Assembly: GCA_041690135.1 (NCBI GenBank)
Contig: JAWLHY010000012.1
Location: 192,001 to 256,000 of the forward strand
Source: Armatimonadota bacterium
GTDB lineage: Bacteria > Armatimonadota > SYMT01
Direction of reading: 5' to 3'
Length of the DNA: 64,000 bases
The notes below the pieces were generated by a model that saw only the letters and a list, made by a program, of their open reading frames with translations, did no database searches and was not told the origin of the DNA. Position 1 is the stretch's first letter. Each line of letters opens with the position of its first letter. The translations under genes were made by a program, and so were the position numbers. This document shows, piece after piece, positions 40,509 through 52,292 of the stretch.

Positions 40509-40945
40509 TGCCGCACCCATCTCCGCGGTTGAACGGGAAAATCATCGCCGCGGTGCTGCTTTACGTGGCGCTCGGCATCGCCGGGGATCTGACGCTGCGT
40601 TACGCGATGCGGCAGGTCCCGCCGCCCACTTCCATTTCCATCGCGGAGATCGGTCGTCTGGGGGCGTATGTGGCCTCCAGCACCCAGGTGAAGATTGGGA
40701 TCGCGCTGCTGGCCCTTAACTTCACGGCCCTGCTGGCCCTGCTCTCCTTCCTCGACGTGAGCATCGTGGGGCCGGCCCGCGCCATCAGCTATCTCTTTCT
40801 CACGCTGCTGGCCTGGCTTATCCTGGGCGAGCGGGTCACGCCCCTCCGGTGGGCCGGCGTGGCGCTCATCACGGCCGGCGTCGCCGTGATCCTCTCCACG
40901 GCCCATGGGTCACAGGCCCCTACCCCTCATGATGCCGGAGCCTGA
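40508..40945 (+). CDS. SMR/DMT-family 4-TM transporter (ArnE/ArnF-like)
   Basis: Four hydrophobic segments, LGERVTPLRWAG; TGATG coupling to the dikinase. Confidence 0.85.
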   Translation: MPHPSPRLNGKIIAAVLLYVALGIAGDLTLRYAMRQVPPPTSISIAEIGRLGAYVASSTQVKIGIALLALNFTALLALLSFLDVSIVGPARAISYLFLTLLAWLILGERVTPLRWAGVALITAGVAVILSTAHGSQAPTPHDAGA

Positions 40946-41318
40946 CTGGAAAACAATCGGCGGGGTAGCCTTCTACGTGCTGCTCGGCGTGGCCGGCGAC
41001 CTGCTCCTCAGCCGGGGCATGCGCCGTATGCCGCCCTTCACCGGCTTCAAAGCCTCCGAGATCCTGCGGTTCCTGGCCCACATCTGGACCACCCCCGCGG
41101 TGATCGGCGGCGTCACCTGCCTCGCCCTCAACTTCTCTATGCTGCTGGCGCTGCTCACCTGGGCAGATATCAGCCTGGTCGCCCCCTCCCGCGCCCTTTC
41201 CTACCTCGTCCTCACCCTCCTGGCCCGCTGGTGGCTGGGCGAGGAAGTCTCCCGCCGCCGCTGGATGGGCGTCTGGCTCGTCTCCGCCGGCGTCCTGCTC
41301 GTGCTCCTATCGGGTTAG
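40929..41318 (+). CDS. SMR/DMT-family 4-TM transporter, paralogue
   Basis: GDL.L...M, LALNF..LLALL, LGEEVS..RW.G shared with the previous gene. Confidence 0.85.
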   Translation: MMPEPDWKTIGGVAFYVLLGVAGDLLLSRGMRRMPPFTGFKASEILRFLAHIWTTPAVIGGVTCLALNFSMLLALLTWADISLVAPSRALSYLVLTLLARWWLGEEVSRRRWMGVWLVSAGVLLVLLSG

Positions 41319-41352
41319 GGGACATAGAAGCTGGCCCTGGCAAGCGGTACCC

Positions 41353-41500
41353 GTAGGGAACGTCTCGCCGTAGCGTTCCGTCGGAATGGGGTTGATCTCG
41401 TTCTGCCGAATCGTAGCGGCGCGAGATCGGATCCGGTTCGGGTTGGCGCACCGAGATCAGTTTCACCGTGGGCGGAATGGAACGGCGTCACATTCCCTAC
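41353..41500. repeat. GTAG-type REP doublet (REPIN-like)
   Basis: Inverted ends GTAGGGAA...TTCCCTAC with internal gatctcg/cgagatc arms, between convergent genes. Confidence 0.65.
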
Positions 41501-41605
41501 GGTCCGTACTTCCCAGCCCATACAGGAAAAGCAAAGAGGGGGAACAACCCTCTCAACTGGCCGGTCCCCCTCTCGTAGCTTCTTACTTGCCCAACACGAG
41601 TCGCG

Positions 41606-42778
41606 TTACGGAAGCGGCATCGGCTCCAGGGCCATGCCGCCCTCGGTCGGCTTCACCACCAGCAGGGTGTCTCCCGCCGCTGCATAGGCCTGGGCGCCCT
41701 TCAGGGTCTCCATCGGCTCGATGCCCGGATAGGCCTTCGCGCCGCGCCCGCCACGGTCCGCCGTGGTCATCTGGTTGACCGCCATGGTCTCCTTGGCGAT
41801 CTTGGCGTCCACCTTCAGGATGCCGAAGGCGCTGTTGTTCAGCAGCAGGTTCTGGCTGCCCGGCTTGCCGTAGGCGATCATGTCCATCGGCCGGTTGCCG
41901 CTGCCGAGCTCGGCCACCGTCACACCCGTGCTTTCCTGGCCCGGCTTCAGGTCTTCCAGATTGAACCGGACGAGCGGCGTGCACACGTAGGCCGCCATCA
42001 GGTATTCCTTATCGCCGTCCCGGTAGGTGGTGAGCGTCTGGATCGGCGAGGCGGTTTCCTGCTTCCGGTGGGACACGTGGTAGATAGAGGTCGCGTGGCG
42101 CTCCACCCCATCCTTCTGGAACGGCACCGGTACGGAGACCAGGTTCGACTTGAAGGCATCCGTCGAGAGCACGCCCGCGTAGATCTTGCCGCCGGCATAG
42201 GTCATGTCGCTGACGATGCGCGGGGTGCCCATGCCGCGGAAGGAGTAGCTCTTCTGGCCGGAGACCGCCACCTTGCCCCAGGCCTTGCTGCCGAGGTCGA
42301 CCGGCGAAACCTTGCCGGCCGGGTCCACCGCAAAGAGGGCATAGTTGGCCGGGTTGGCGGCATCCTGGTCGCCGCCGTCGGTCTTGCGGACGGAGATGTA
42401 GGTGACGCCGGAGACCGGGCTCACCGCCACGTCCTTGATCTGGATTCCGGCCGCGGTGGTGCCGAGCCGGCCCGCGAGCGTGGCGCCCAGGTCCGGCACT
42501 TTGCTGTAGGCCTGGGCCTTCGAGGCCTTCTCCATCAGGTCGACCCCGTAGATAGCGCCGGCCTGGTCGTCCGCGAAAAAGAGCACGCCGCTCGGGCTGA
42601 ACGTAAGCGCGCCGATGGCCTTGTAATCCATCGGGCCCTTCTGGAACCCCTGGGTCAGGGCGGATTTCTTCTCACCGGCGGGGGCGGCCTGCGCGCGGGT
42701 GGACAGGTTCCATCCGGCCGCGCCGACTACCGCGACGCCGGCGAGGGCGAGGCAGAGGCGGGAAGTCTGGCTGCGCAT
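41606..42778 (-). CDS. Secreted beta-propeller-like hypothetical protein
   Basis: GGAGG RBS, signal peptide, high GC3; YHVSH...ETASP, AAYVCTPLV, ELGSGNRP.DM. Confidence 0.85.
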   Translation of the reverse strand: MRSQTSRLCLALAGVAVVGAAGWNLSTRAQAAPAGEKKSALTQGFQKGPMDYKAIGALTFSPSGVLFFADDQAGAIYGVDLMEKASKAQAYSKVPDLGATLAGRLGTTAAGIQIKDVAVSPVSGVTYISVRKTDGGDQDAANPANYALFAVDPAGKVSPVDLGSKAWGKVAVSGQKSYSFRGMGTPRIVSDMTYAGGKIYAGVLSTDAFKSNLVSVPVPFQKDGVERHATSIYHVSHRKQETASPIQTLTTYRDGDKEYLMAAYVCTPLVRFNLEDLKPGQESTGVTVAELGSGNRPMDMIAYGKPGSQNLLLNNSAFGILKVDAKIAKETMAVNQMTTADRGGRGAKAYPGIEPMETLKGAQAYAAAGDTLLVVKPTEGGMALEPMPLP

Positions 42779-43517
42779 CGGTTCCTCCTGGGAAAAGGGT
42801 GGCCATACGGCAAGCAGGCAACAATGAGCCCGATCCGCCGGCCACGGGTCTATTGTTGTAGACGTTCGACAACCAGTATCGATCACCTTCCACTTTTGTG
42901 CGAACTGGGAGCCGGGTAGTATCCGTGCGCCAATCGTGCCTACGGATCATTACCATTGGATCACTTACCGCCCAAGTGTTGATGGTCCGCGCCCACTCTG
43001 CGTCGAGGTAGGATTGGCTCTTGGTGAACGGTAGGAGCGCTATCCTTGCACCTGTAGAGGTAGGGCAGGCTCTACGATGCCTGCCCCGTCCTGGGTTCGC
43101 ACCTGCCGTGCCGTGTGGGACTTCGCTTATCCGGCGTATGCGAACCCACGGGGCAAATGATCCACTGGCTGTTTTCGTGTAGGCGCGGGGTACCTTGGCC
43201 GCACACCCGTGCTAGGTACCCGGCGAGTGCGGCGGAGTGGGCGTAGTGGTTCATGTGGATGTGGATGCCGACGGTGCGTCATTCCCATTTGCGACCAATA
43301 AACTCTGAGAAGATAATCGCGCGTTCTGAACCCCATCAGTCCGTGCAGGCGGACTTCGCGCTTTTCCAGCTTGCGACTTCAGTCGCCGATCTCAAGGCGC
43401 CGGCAGGTTAGCCGGTTTTGAGTCAGTCTCGCTCAACCGTGGCTGCGTCGCGGGCGGACACAACTGATATGCTTATACGGCCCGCCGGGCCCCAGATTTT
43501 GTGCCGGAGAAGACTGA

Positions 43518-45044
43518 ATGTCCGCCTCTCGACCCAAGAACTCCACGACCGTTTTGGAACGGCCCGCCGCACCCGCACCCGCCGCCGCGCCGGGTACGAA
43601 GACCGCGGCCCGCGTTACCGAGCAGCCCCAGGCGCAGCGCAAGGCCGCCAATGGCGCCGATTACGACCTGGTGGTCGTCGGCTCCGGTCCCGGGGGTTAC
43701 GTCGCCGCCATTCGCGCCACCCAGCTCGGCCTCAAGGTCGGCATCGTTGAAAAGGACCACCTCGGGGGAACCTGTCTCAACGTCGGGTGCATCCCCACCA
43801 AGGCGATGCTCGCCAGCGTCCAGGCGCTGCACACCGCCCGCAGCGGCAAAGAGTACGGCTTCACCGCCGCCGACGTGCAGCCCGATTATCCGGGCATGAT
43901 GGCCCGCCGCGACAAGGTGGTGGAGCAGCTCCGCAACGGCGTCGGCTTCCTCATGAAGAAGAACGGAATCGATGTCCTGAAGGGCTTCGGCAAGTTCCGT
44001 TCCGCTCACGAGATCGAAGTGGCCGGCGACGAGGGCACGAAGCGCGTCACCGCCGGCAACGTGCTGATCGCCACCGGCTCCTCGGTCAGCCGCCCGCCGA
44101 TCCCCGGCATCGAGCTGGAAGGGGTCGTCAACAGCGACACGCTGCTGCGCCTCCCGACCGTGCCGAAGAGCATGGCGGTCATCGGCGCCGGTGCGGTGGG
44201 CCTGGAGTGGGGCGACATCTTCAACGAGCTCGGCACCAAGATCACCGTGCTGGAGATGCTGCCGCGGGTGCTGCCTCCCGCCGACGCGGACGTTTCCGCC
44301 GACCTGCAGCGCTCCTTGCAGCGCAAGGGCTTCGACTTCCTGATGGGGGTCGGGGTGAAAGGCTTTGAGAAGTCGAAGGGCGGCATCACCGTCCGCTACG
44401 CGAAGGAAGGCGGCGCCGAGCAGACGCTGGAGGTCGAGGTGGTGCTCGTTGCCACCGGCCGCTGGCCCGTCACCGAGGGTCTCGGCCTCGACAAGATCGG
44501 GGTTCAGCTCGATCGCCGCTTTGTGCCGGTGGACGACCAGATGCAGACCCGCGCCAAGGGCGTCTTCGCTATTGGCGACGTGACCAAGGGCCCCGCTCTT
44601 GCCCACGTGGCGAGCAAGGGCGGCGAGGTGGCGGCCGAGGTGATGGCGGGCCACAAAGCCCGGATGGACTACCGCACCATCCCGAGCTGCGTTTACACCA
44701 GCCCGGAAGTGGCGTGGGTCGGTCTCACGGAAGAAGAGGCCCGCGAGCGCTACGGCGAGGTGAACGTGGGCAAGTTCCCGTTCCGGCCGCTGGGCCGCGC
44801 CCTGGCCAGCGGGTACAAGGACGGCTTCATCAAGGTCATCGCCGAGCCGAAGTACGGCGAGATCCTGGGCGTCCACATGATCGGCGCACACGTCACCGAC
44901 CTGATTGCGGAGCCCACCCTGGCGATGGCGATGGAAGGCACCGTGGATGAGATCTTCCACACGGTGCATGCCCACCCGACCCTGCCGGAAGCGTTCCAGG
45001 AAGCCACCCTCGACGCCTGGCACCGCGCCATCCATAAGGGATAG
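43518..45044 (+). CDS. lpdA: Dihydrolipoyl dehydrogenase (E3)
   Basis: GSGPGGY, GGTCLNVGCIP, GAGAVG.E, HAHPTL.E. Confidence 0.97.
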   Translation: MSASRPKNSTTVLERPAAPAPAAAPGTKTAARVTEQPQAQRKAANGADYDLVVVGSGPGGYVAAIRATQLGLKVGIVEKDHLGGTCLNVGCIPTKAMLASVQALHTARSGKEYGFTAADVQPDYPGMMARRDKVVEQLRNGVGFLMKKNGIDVLKGFGKFRSAHEIEVAGDEGTKRVTAGNVLIATGSSVSRPPIPGIELEGVVNSDTLLRLPTVPKSMAVIGAGAVGLEWGDIFNELGTKITVLEMLPRVLPPADADVSADLQRSLQRKGFDFLMGVGVKGFEKSKGGITVRYAKEGGAEQTLEVEVVLVATGRWPVTEGLGLDKIGVQLDRRFVPVDDQMQTRAKGVFAIGDVTKGPALAHVASKGGEVAAEVMAGHKARMDYRTIPSCVYTSPEVAWVGLTEEEARERYGEVNVGKFPFRPLGRALASGYKDGFIKVIAEPKYGEILGVHMIGAHVTDLIAEPTLAMAMEGTVDEIFHTVHAHPTLPEAFQEATLDAWHRAIHKG

Positions 45045-45050
45045 GGATCT

Positions 45051-45989
45051 TCAGCGCACCCCGAGGATCCAACCTTCCTCCTTCTCGACCGCCCCGATCT
45101 CCGGTTCCGCAAGACCGGTGGGGCGGTCGAACCATTTTCCCAGGTCTCCGCCGGCATCTTCCTCGGCTGCCCACGCGGTAACGGCCCGCACCTGGGCCTG
45201 GTCGCGGATCGGCGCCGTGGGGTCGAGCCGCTCCTTCACCAGACCGGGCCAGATCTCCGTGTAAAGAATGCACGGCCCGTTGTCTGGGGTGGGTCGTGGG
45301 GCGAAACCGGTCTCGAACGGCCAGACCCGGCTGAAGGGCCGTAGGTAGGGGTCCTCCCGGAGTTGCAGGAGGCGCGGGATACCCAGCAGCGCCTGGCTGC
45401 CGACGCTCCCCGTGCCCAGCAGCTTCCAGGCCTCCTGTACGCCGCGCACCCGCCGGTCGGTGAGGCGCCATCTCTCCAGGAGGTCCATCTCGTTGAGCGG
45501 GTAGGGGAAGCCGGGGCTCCGGGGCGCCAGGCCCTCCACGCTCCGCCCGCGCGGGCACCCCCAGAAGGGACCCGGTGGTTTCTCACCCACCGCATCGGAA
45601 TCCCCGCAAACCCGCCGGTTCAGCTCGCCGGCCACCTCGAAGCGGTTGTTGCCGTTGGCCGAGTCGTCCTGAATGCGCCGCGCCAGTTTGCGCCACACGC
45701 AGAGCCACTGCGCCGCCGCCTCCGCGTGCCCGAGAGCGTTCGCCAATCCGGCGGGATAACCCAGCGGGAAGTCGAACCCCACCAGCACCCTCTTTCCCGC
45801 GAAAGCATGTTCCCGCAGCCGTTGGCGCAGGGCTTCCGTGCATCTGTCCCGCGTCCGGTAGTACGTCTCGGAGTGCTCTCCCCCTGCGCTTCGCTCGCCG
45901 ACCCACAGGGCATCAGCCGCCGGCCGTCGCGGGCTGGGCGTGCCGCGGCCGCTCCAATCGATGCAAAAGTACACGTCGAACAATGGCAT
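45051..45989 (-). CDS. RNase-H-fold hypothetical protein (DUF429-like)
   Basis: IDWSG, GFDFPLGYP, VWPFE, TEIWP, EEGWILG. Confidence 0.8.
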   Translation of the reverse strand: MPLFDVYFCIDWSGRGTPSPRRPAADALWVGERSAGGEHSETYYRTRDRCTEALRQRLREHAFAGKRVLVGFDFPLGYPAGLANALGHAEAAAQWLCVWRKLARRIQDDSANGNNRFEVAGELNRRVCGDSDAVGEKPPGPFWGCPRGRSVEGLAPRSPGFPYPLNEMDLLERWRLTDRRVRGVQEAWKLLGTGSVGSQALLGIPRLLQLREDPYLRPFSRVWPFETGFAPRPTPDNGPCILYTEIWPGLVKERLDPTAPIRDQAQVRAVTAWAAEEDAGGDLGKWFDRPTGLAEPEIGAVEKEEGWILGVR

Positions 45990-46116
45990 GCGCGTTATGA
46001 AGAAGAGCCGGTGAGAGAGTAGCCAGGAGAGACGGGAGGTGCCGCACGCCCTCCGGCCGAACCAGGGTGCAGCGGACCGGTAATGGCGCCGGCCGGAGCT
46101 CTCCCTTTCACCAGCA

Positions 46117-47655
<1,539 letters not shown>

Positions 47656-48162
47656 GAACTCCGTTGTGCCCATCCTTAGCATGCTCGGAAGTAATACGCC
47701 ATTCGCAGGTGGCGTGTGATGGATGCTTCTTGGTAAAGTGGCGGTTTTGATGACCGTAACAGTCTTGTGTCAGTGCATTCTCCAGCCGGGTACCCACGGA
47801 GCAGGTGACAGGACAGGGGCTGAAAGTGGCCGTATCTGGGAGAGGTGCAGCGTAAGGGATTTCCTGCCTCGGACTGGTACACAGTGCCCCCAGCCAGGTA
47901 CCCACGAAGTGGGTGGCGGGGACAGGGGGCCGAGAGCGCGGAAGTTCATACCTGCTACAGGCAACAGGCGACGGGAACTGCTCCAGACCTCCTTATCCTG
48001 ATCCTTATCTTCATCCTAATCCGCGAAGCCGCCGTTGTTCTTCTGGCTTAGCGGACCGAGCTATCATCTGCTCGTCTCCGGCTGCGACCTCCGCGCCGCA
48101 CTAACCCGCCTCCGCCAGCGACAACGGCGGAAATGATTGTACGGATTACAACCGATCCTGTT

Positions 48163-48210
48163 GTATAGCCGTGATTAGTATAATCGTGATTATACTAATC
48201 GCGGCTATAC
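48163..48210. promoter_or_regulatory. 48-bp AT-rich near-perfect palindrome with a dif-like 11-6-11 core
   Basis: GTATAGCCGT GATTAGTATAA TCGTGA TTATACTAATC GCGGCTATAC; 23-bp arms with one mismatch; function inferred. Confidence 0.55.
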
Positions 48211-48449
48211 TACCCTCCCGCCGTTCATCTGCACTCTCCCAGTTCACAGCAGCCTGATAGCTGGTCCCGTCTCGTTTCGGCGTCCCGCGGCATGGGAAAC
48301 GTGGGCACGAGGAAACCATCGGCGGAGAACACCGCCGCACAAGACCATCCTACCGGCGTTGGACGTTCGCAGTCCCAAAGCGGCGTAGGAGCACGGACGC
48401 CCGCGAGCGGGCGGGTGGCAAAGCCCCAAGACTTGGGGCACGCACAAAT

Positions 48450-48556
48450 TGAGCCCCGGAGGGGCGCTAGAGGATCGGGCGCCCGCATGCGGGCAGGGGG
48501 GTGCAAACCCCCGGACCCGAAGCGCAAACAGAAAAGCCCTGAAAGGGCGGCAGAAA
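48450..48556 (-). repeat. REP/REPIN-like element (CGCCCCTCCGGGGCT family)
   Basis: agccccggaggggcg...gggggtgcaaacccccgg...agccctgaaagggcg is the reverse-complement architecture of 55543-55630. Confidence 0.75.
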
Positions 48557-48608
48557 ACAGCTTCTCCGAAAACGGTACCGTTCCGGGTCTCCAGAGGGAA
48601 GAGGAACC

Positions 48609-49259
48609 ATGGAACCACGTCGTCGTCGAGCAGGATCCCGCCTGGGCGCATGGCTGCTCGCCGCGGTCCTGCCCTGGGCCGTGGCGAGTGCGGGCGCGCA
48701 ACCCCCACCCCTGGGAAGGCCGCTGGAATCGATCCCCATCGGCCCCAACAGCTACGCCCGTGTGGACTGGGACCGGATCGCCCGCGTCGATCTGCGTTAC
48801 TTCGGGATCCCACCGCAGCCCCGCGTGGCCGAGCTCTACTGGGTGCGCGGCTCGCGCCTTCGCACGCATGCGCGGATCTCCTGGCCCGCCGGCATCGAGC
48901 AGATCACGCGCCGGCTGGCGGCCGACTCGCAGGACTGGGTATTGTTGGGCGCACCGGGCCCCATTCAGAACAGCTACCGCCAGTACGCCAACCTGGACCG
49001 GGTGCGCTACGTGGTGGGGGTGCCCGGTTTCACTCCACCCGGTAGCGCGGCGGCCGACCTCTACACCGTGGGCCGCCGGGGGGCTCGCGTCTACCTCGGC
49101 CGTGTCTACCTGCCGGAAGAACTGCGGAAGGTCCGGCGGACCTTCTCACATGTCGAAACGCTGCGGCCGCGAACCCCAACTCCCGCCACGGAATGGAATT
49201 CCACGGCTACTGTCAGGCACGGTCCCTCTGGCACCCGATATCGTCGAACTCCCGCCTGA
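48609..49259 (+). CDS. Exported hypothetical protein
   Basis: GAGG RBS, signal-peptide-like leader, high GC3. Confidence 0.75.
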   Translation: MEPRRRRAGSRLGAWLLAAVLPWAVASAGAQPPPLGRPLESIPIGPNSYARVDWDRIARVDLRYFGIPPQPRVAELYWVRGSRLRTHARISWPAGIEQITRRLAADSQDWVLLGAPGPIQNSYRQYANLDRVRYVVGVPGFTPPGSAAADLYTVGRRGARVYLGRVYLPEELRKVRRTFSHVETLRPRTPTPATEWNSTATVRHGPSGTRYRRTPA

Positions 49260-49417
49260 TGGGTGGACGTGCCCTGTCATGGTGACCTGGAGTTCCCCTC
49301 TCCCGCAGCGTGGGAGAGGGGTGAGGGGTGAGGGCCGTTTTGCCGGCGGTACGTGCAACGTAAGTCTCAAACTTCATTGACCGGTGGCGGTCGATGATTG
49401 CTCCTGACCTCCGGCGA

Positions 49418-50863
<1,446 letters not shown>

Positions 50864-51226
50864 GGACTTACTTCCTGATGACTTCCGCGCTGAAGGCCTT
50901 CAATTACTCCACCGCTACTCTGGTTCGAGCCGCAAGCCCCCCTTCTCTGTGTCGGAGAAGGGGGTTGGGGGGATGAGGTCACCATGATCACCGCACCCGC
51001 CAATGTTTACGCACATGGAGGTGAGGTAACCGAGGCCACCGTACCCGTCAAAGTCAACGTACCTGGAGTCGGTGGGGTGAGGCCACCTGATCACCGCCGA
51101 TATCGGTATCCATGCAAACGCCTCACCCATTCCCCCAATTCAACTGTCCAACGGGGAGACCAAATGGGAGAAACGCGCCCACTCCCCCATTCGTTCCGGT
51201 AACCCGTGGCGATTCGTGCACTACCC

Positions 51227-52207
51227 CTACGGATCCCGGCGCCCTTCGGCGGAAGGCCGACCCTCCCCCTCGCGCCCGGCGGGTCGCGCCTGCTGCCGCT
51301 GGTTCAGCGGATGGACCCGGGCTTCCGCCGCATAAAGACCGTCCGGCCCCTGCGAGCCGCGCACGTGCAGGATTGATCCCACCTGGATATCCCGGAACGT
51401 CGCACCGGCGCCCTGGGCGCCTTCCCGAGCGCCGCGCCCGTGGACCAGGCGCGCATTGGGACCGAATACCACCACGGCCTGCATGTTGCGCAGGTTGCCG
51501 CGCTCGCCAATGCGGTACTGGAGCATTACCGCGTTCCGGCGCGGATCGATCGCCTTCACCTTACCGTGGATCCAGCCCGCCTCGATGCCTTCCTGTGGGC
51601 CTGCCTGGAAACCCTCACCGTCCCGAGGTCCCACCTTCGGAGCCCCTTCACCGTCCCGGGGTCCGAACTTCGGCGCACCCTCGCCGTCACGCGGTCCCTG
51701 CTTAACGCCTTCTCCGTCCCGCGGGCCGACGTTCCGGAAACCCGCTTCGGGCGAAACCCGGTTCCCGGTCTCGGGCGAGATCCGGTCTCCGGCCTCGGCT
51801 TCCGGGCCGCCTCGCTTGCGGAAGAGCATCACCTCCTGGGCAACCACGGAGCCGTCGCGGAGGATGGTCCCCTGGACGTTCACCTGGAGACCCGGAGCCA
51901 GGTCCTGGAGCCTCCCGGCGGTAGGAGTGGGGGCGGTCCCTTCGGAGGCGGGAATCACGATGCGAGTGGCCGGCGCCAGGTGGATCAGCACGTCGACCAT
52001 GCCGGCTGCCGGCTGCCCCTCCCGGCCGCGGCTCACCGGCACGATGAACCGGCCGGTGCGCGCATCCACCGCCTTGATCACTCCCTTGAACCGGGCCGCG
52101 CGCGCGCCCACCTCGCGCTCGGCGGCGACCGCCGGTTGGGCGACGGCTACTCCGGCAATCACTCCTGTCGATACTGCGAGACAGAGGCTGAGGGCAATTC
52201 GCTTCAT
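51227..52207 (-). CDS. Exported protein with two OB-fold-like domains joined by GPRDGEG repeats
   Basis: AGGAG RBS, signal peptide; G.IKAVD...DL.PG..V.VQG pattern twice. Confidence 0.8.
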   Translation of the reverse strand: MKRIALSLCLAVSTGVIAGVAVAQPAVAAEREVGARAARFKGVIKAVDARTGRFIVPVSRGREGQPAAGMVDVLIHLAPATRIVIPASEGTAPTPTAGRLQDLAPGLQVNVQGTILRDGSVVAQEVMLFRKRGGPEAEAGDRISPETGNRVSPEAGFRNVGPRDGEGVKQGPRDGEGAPKFGPRDGEGAPKVGPRDGEGFQAGPQEGIEAGWIHGKVKAIDPRRNAVMLQYRIGERGNLRNMQAVVVFGPNARLVHGRGAREGAQGAGATFRDIQVGSILHVRGSQGPDGLYAAEARVHPLNQRQQARPAGREGEGRPSAEGRRDP

Positions 52208-52292
52208 CTCAGGTCTCCTGGCGGGGTGCTCCCGCGAAGGGCCGGCAAGCCGGCGATTTGACATTGGACGCCTTGGCTGGCGCAAAGTACTA

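Noticed and set aside
48225-49380. ORFs 48292-49380, 48225-48869 and 48244-48813
   Set aside because: They overlap REP-like repeats and the better-supported 48609-49259 gene
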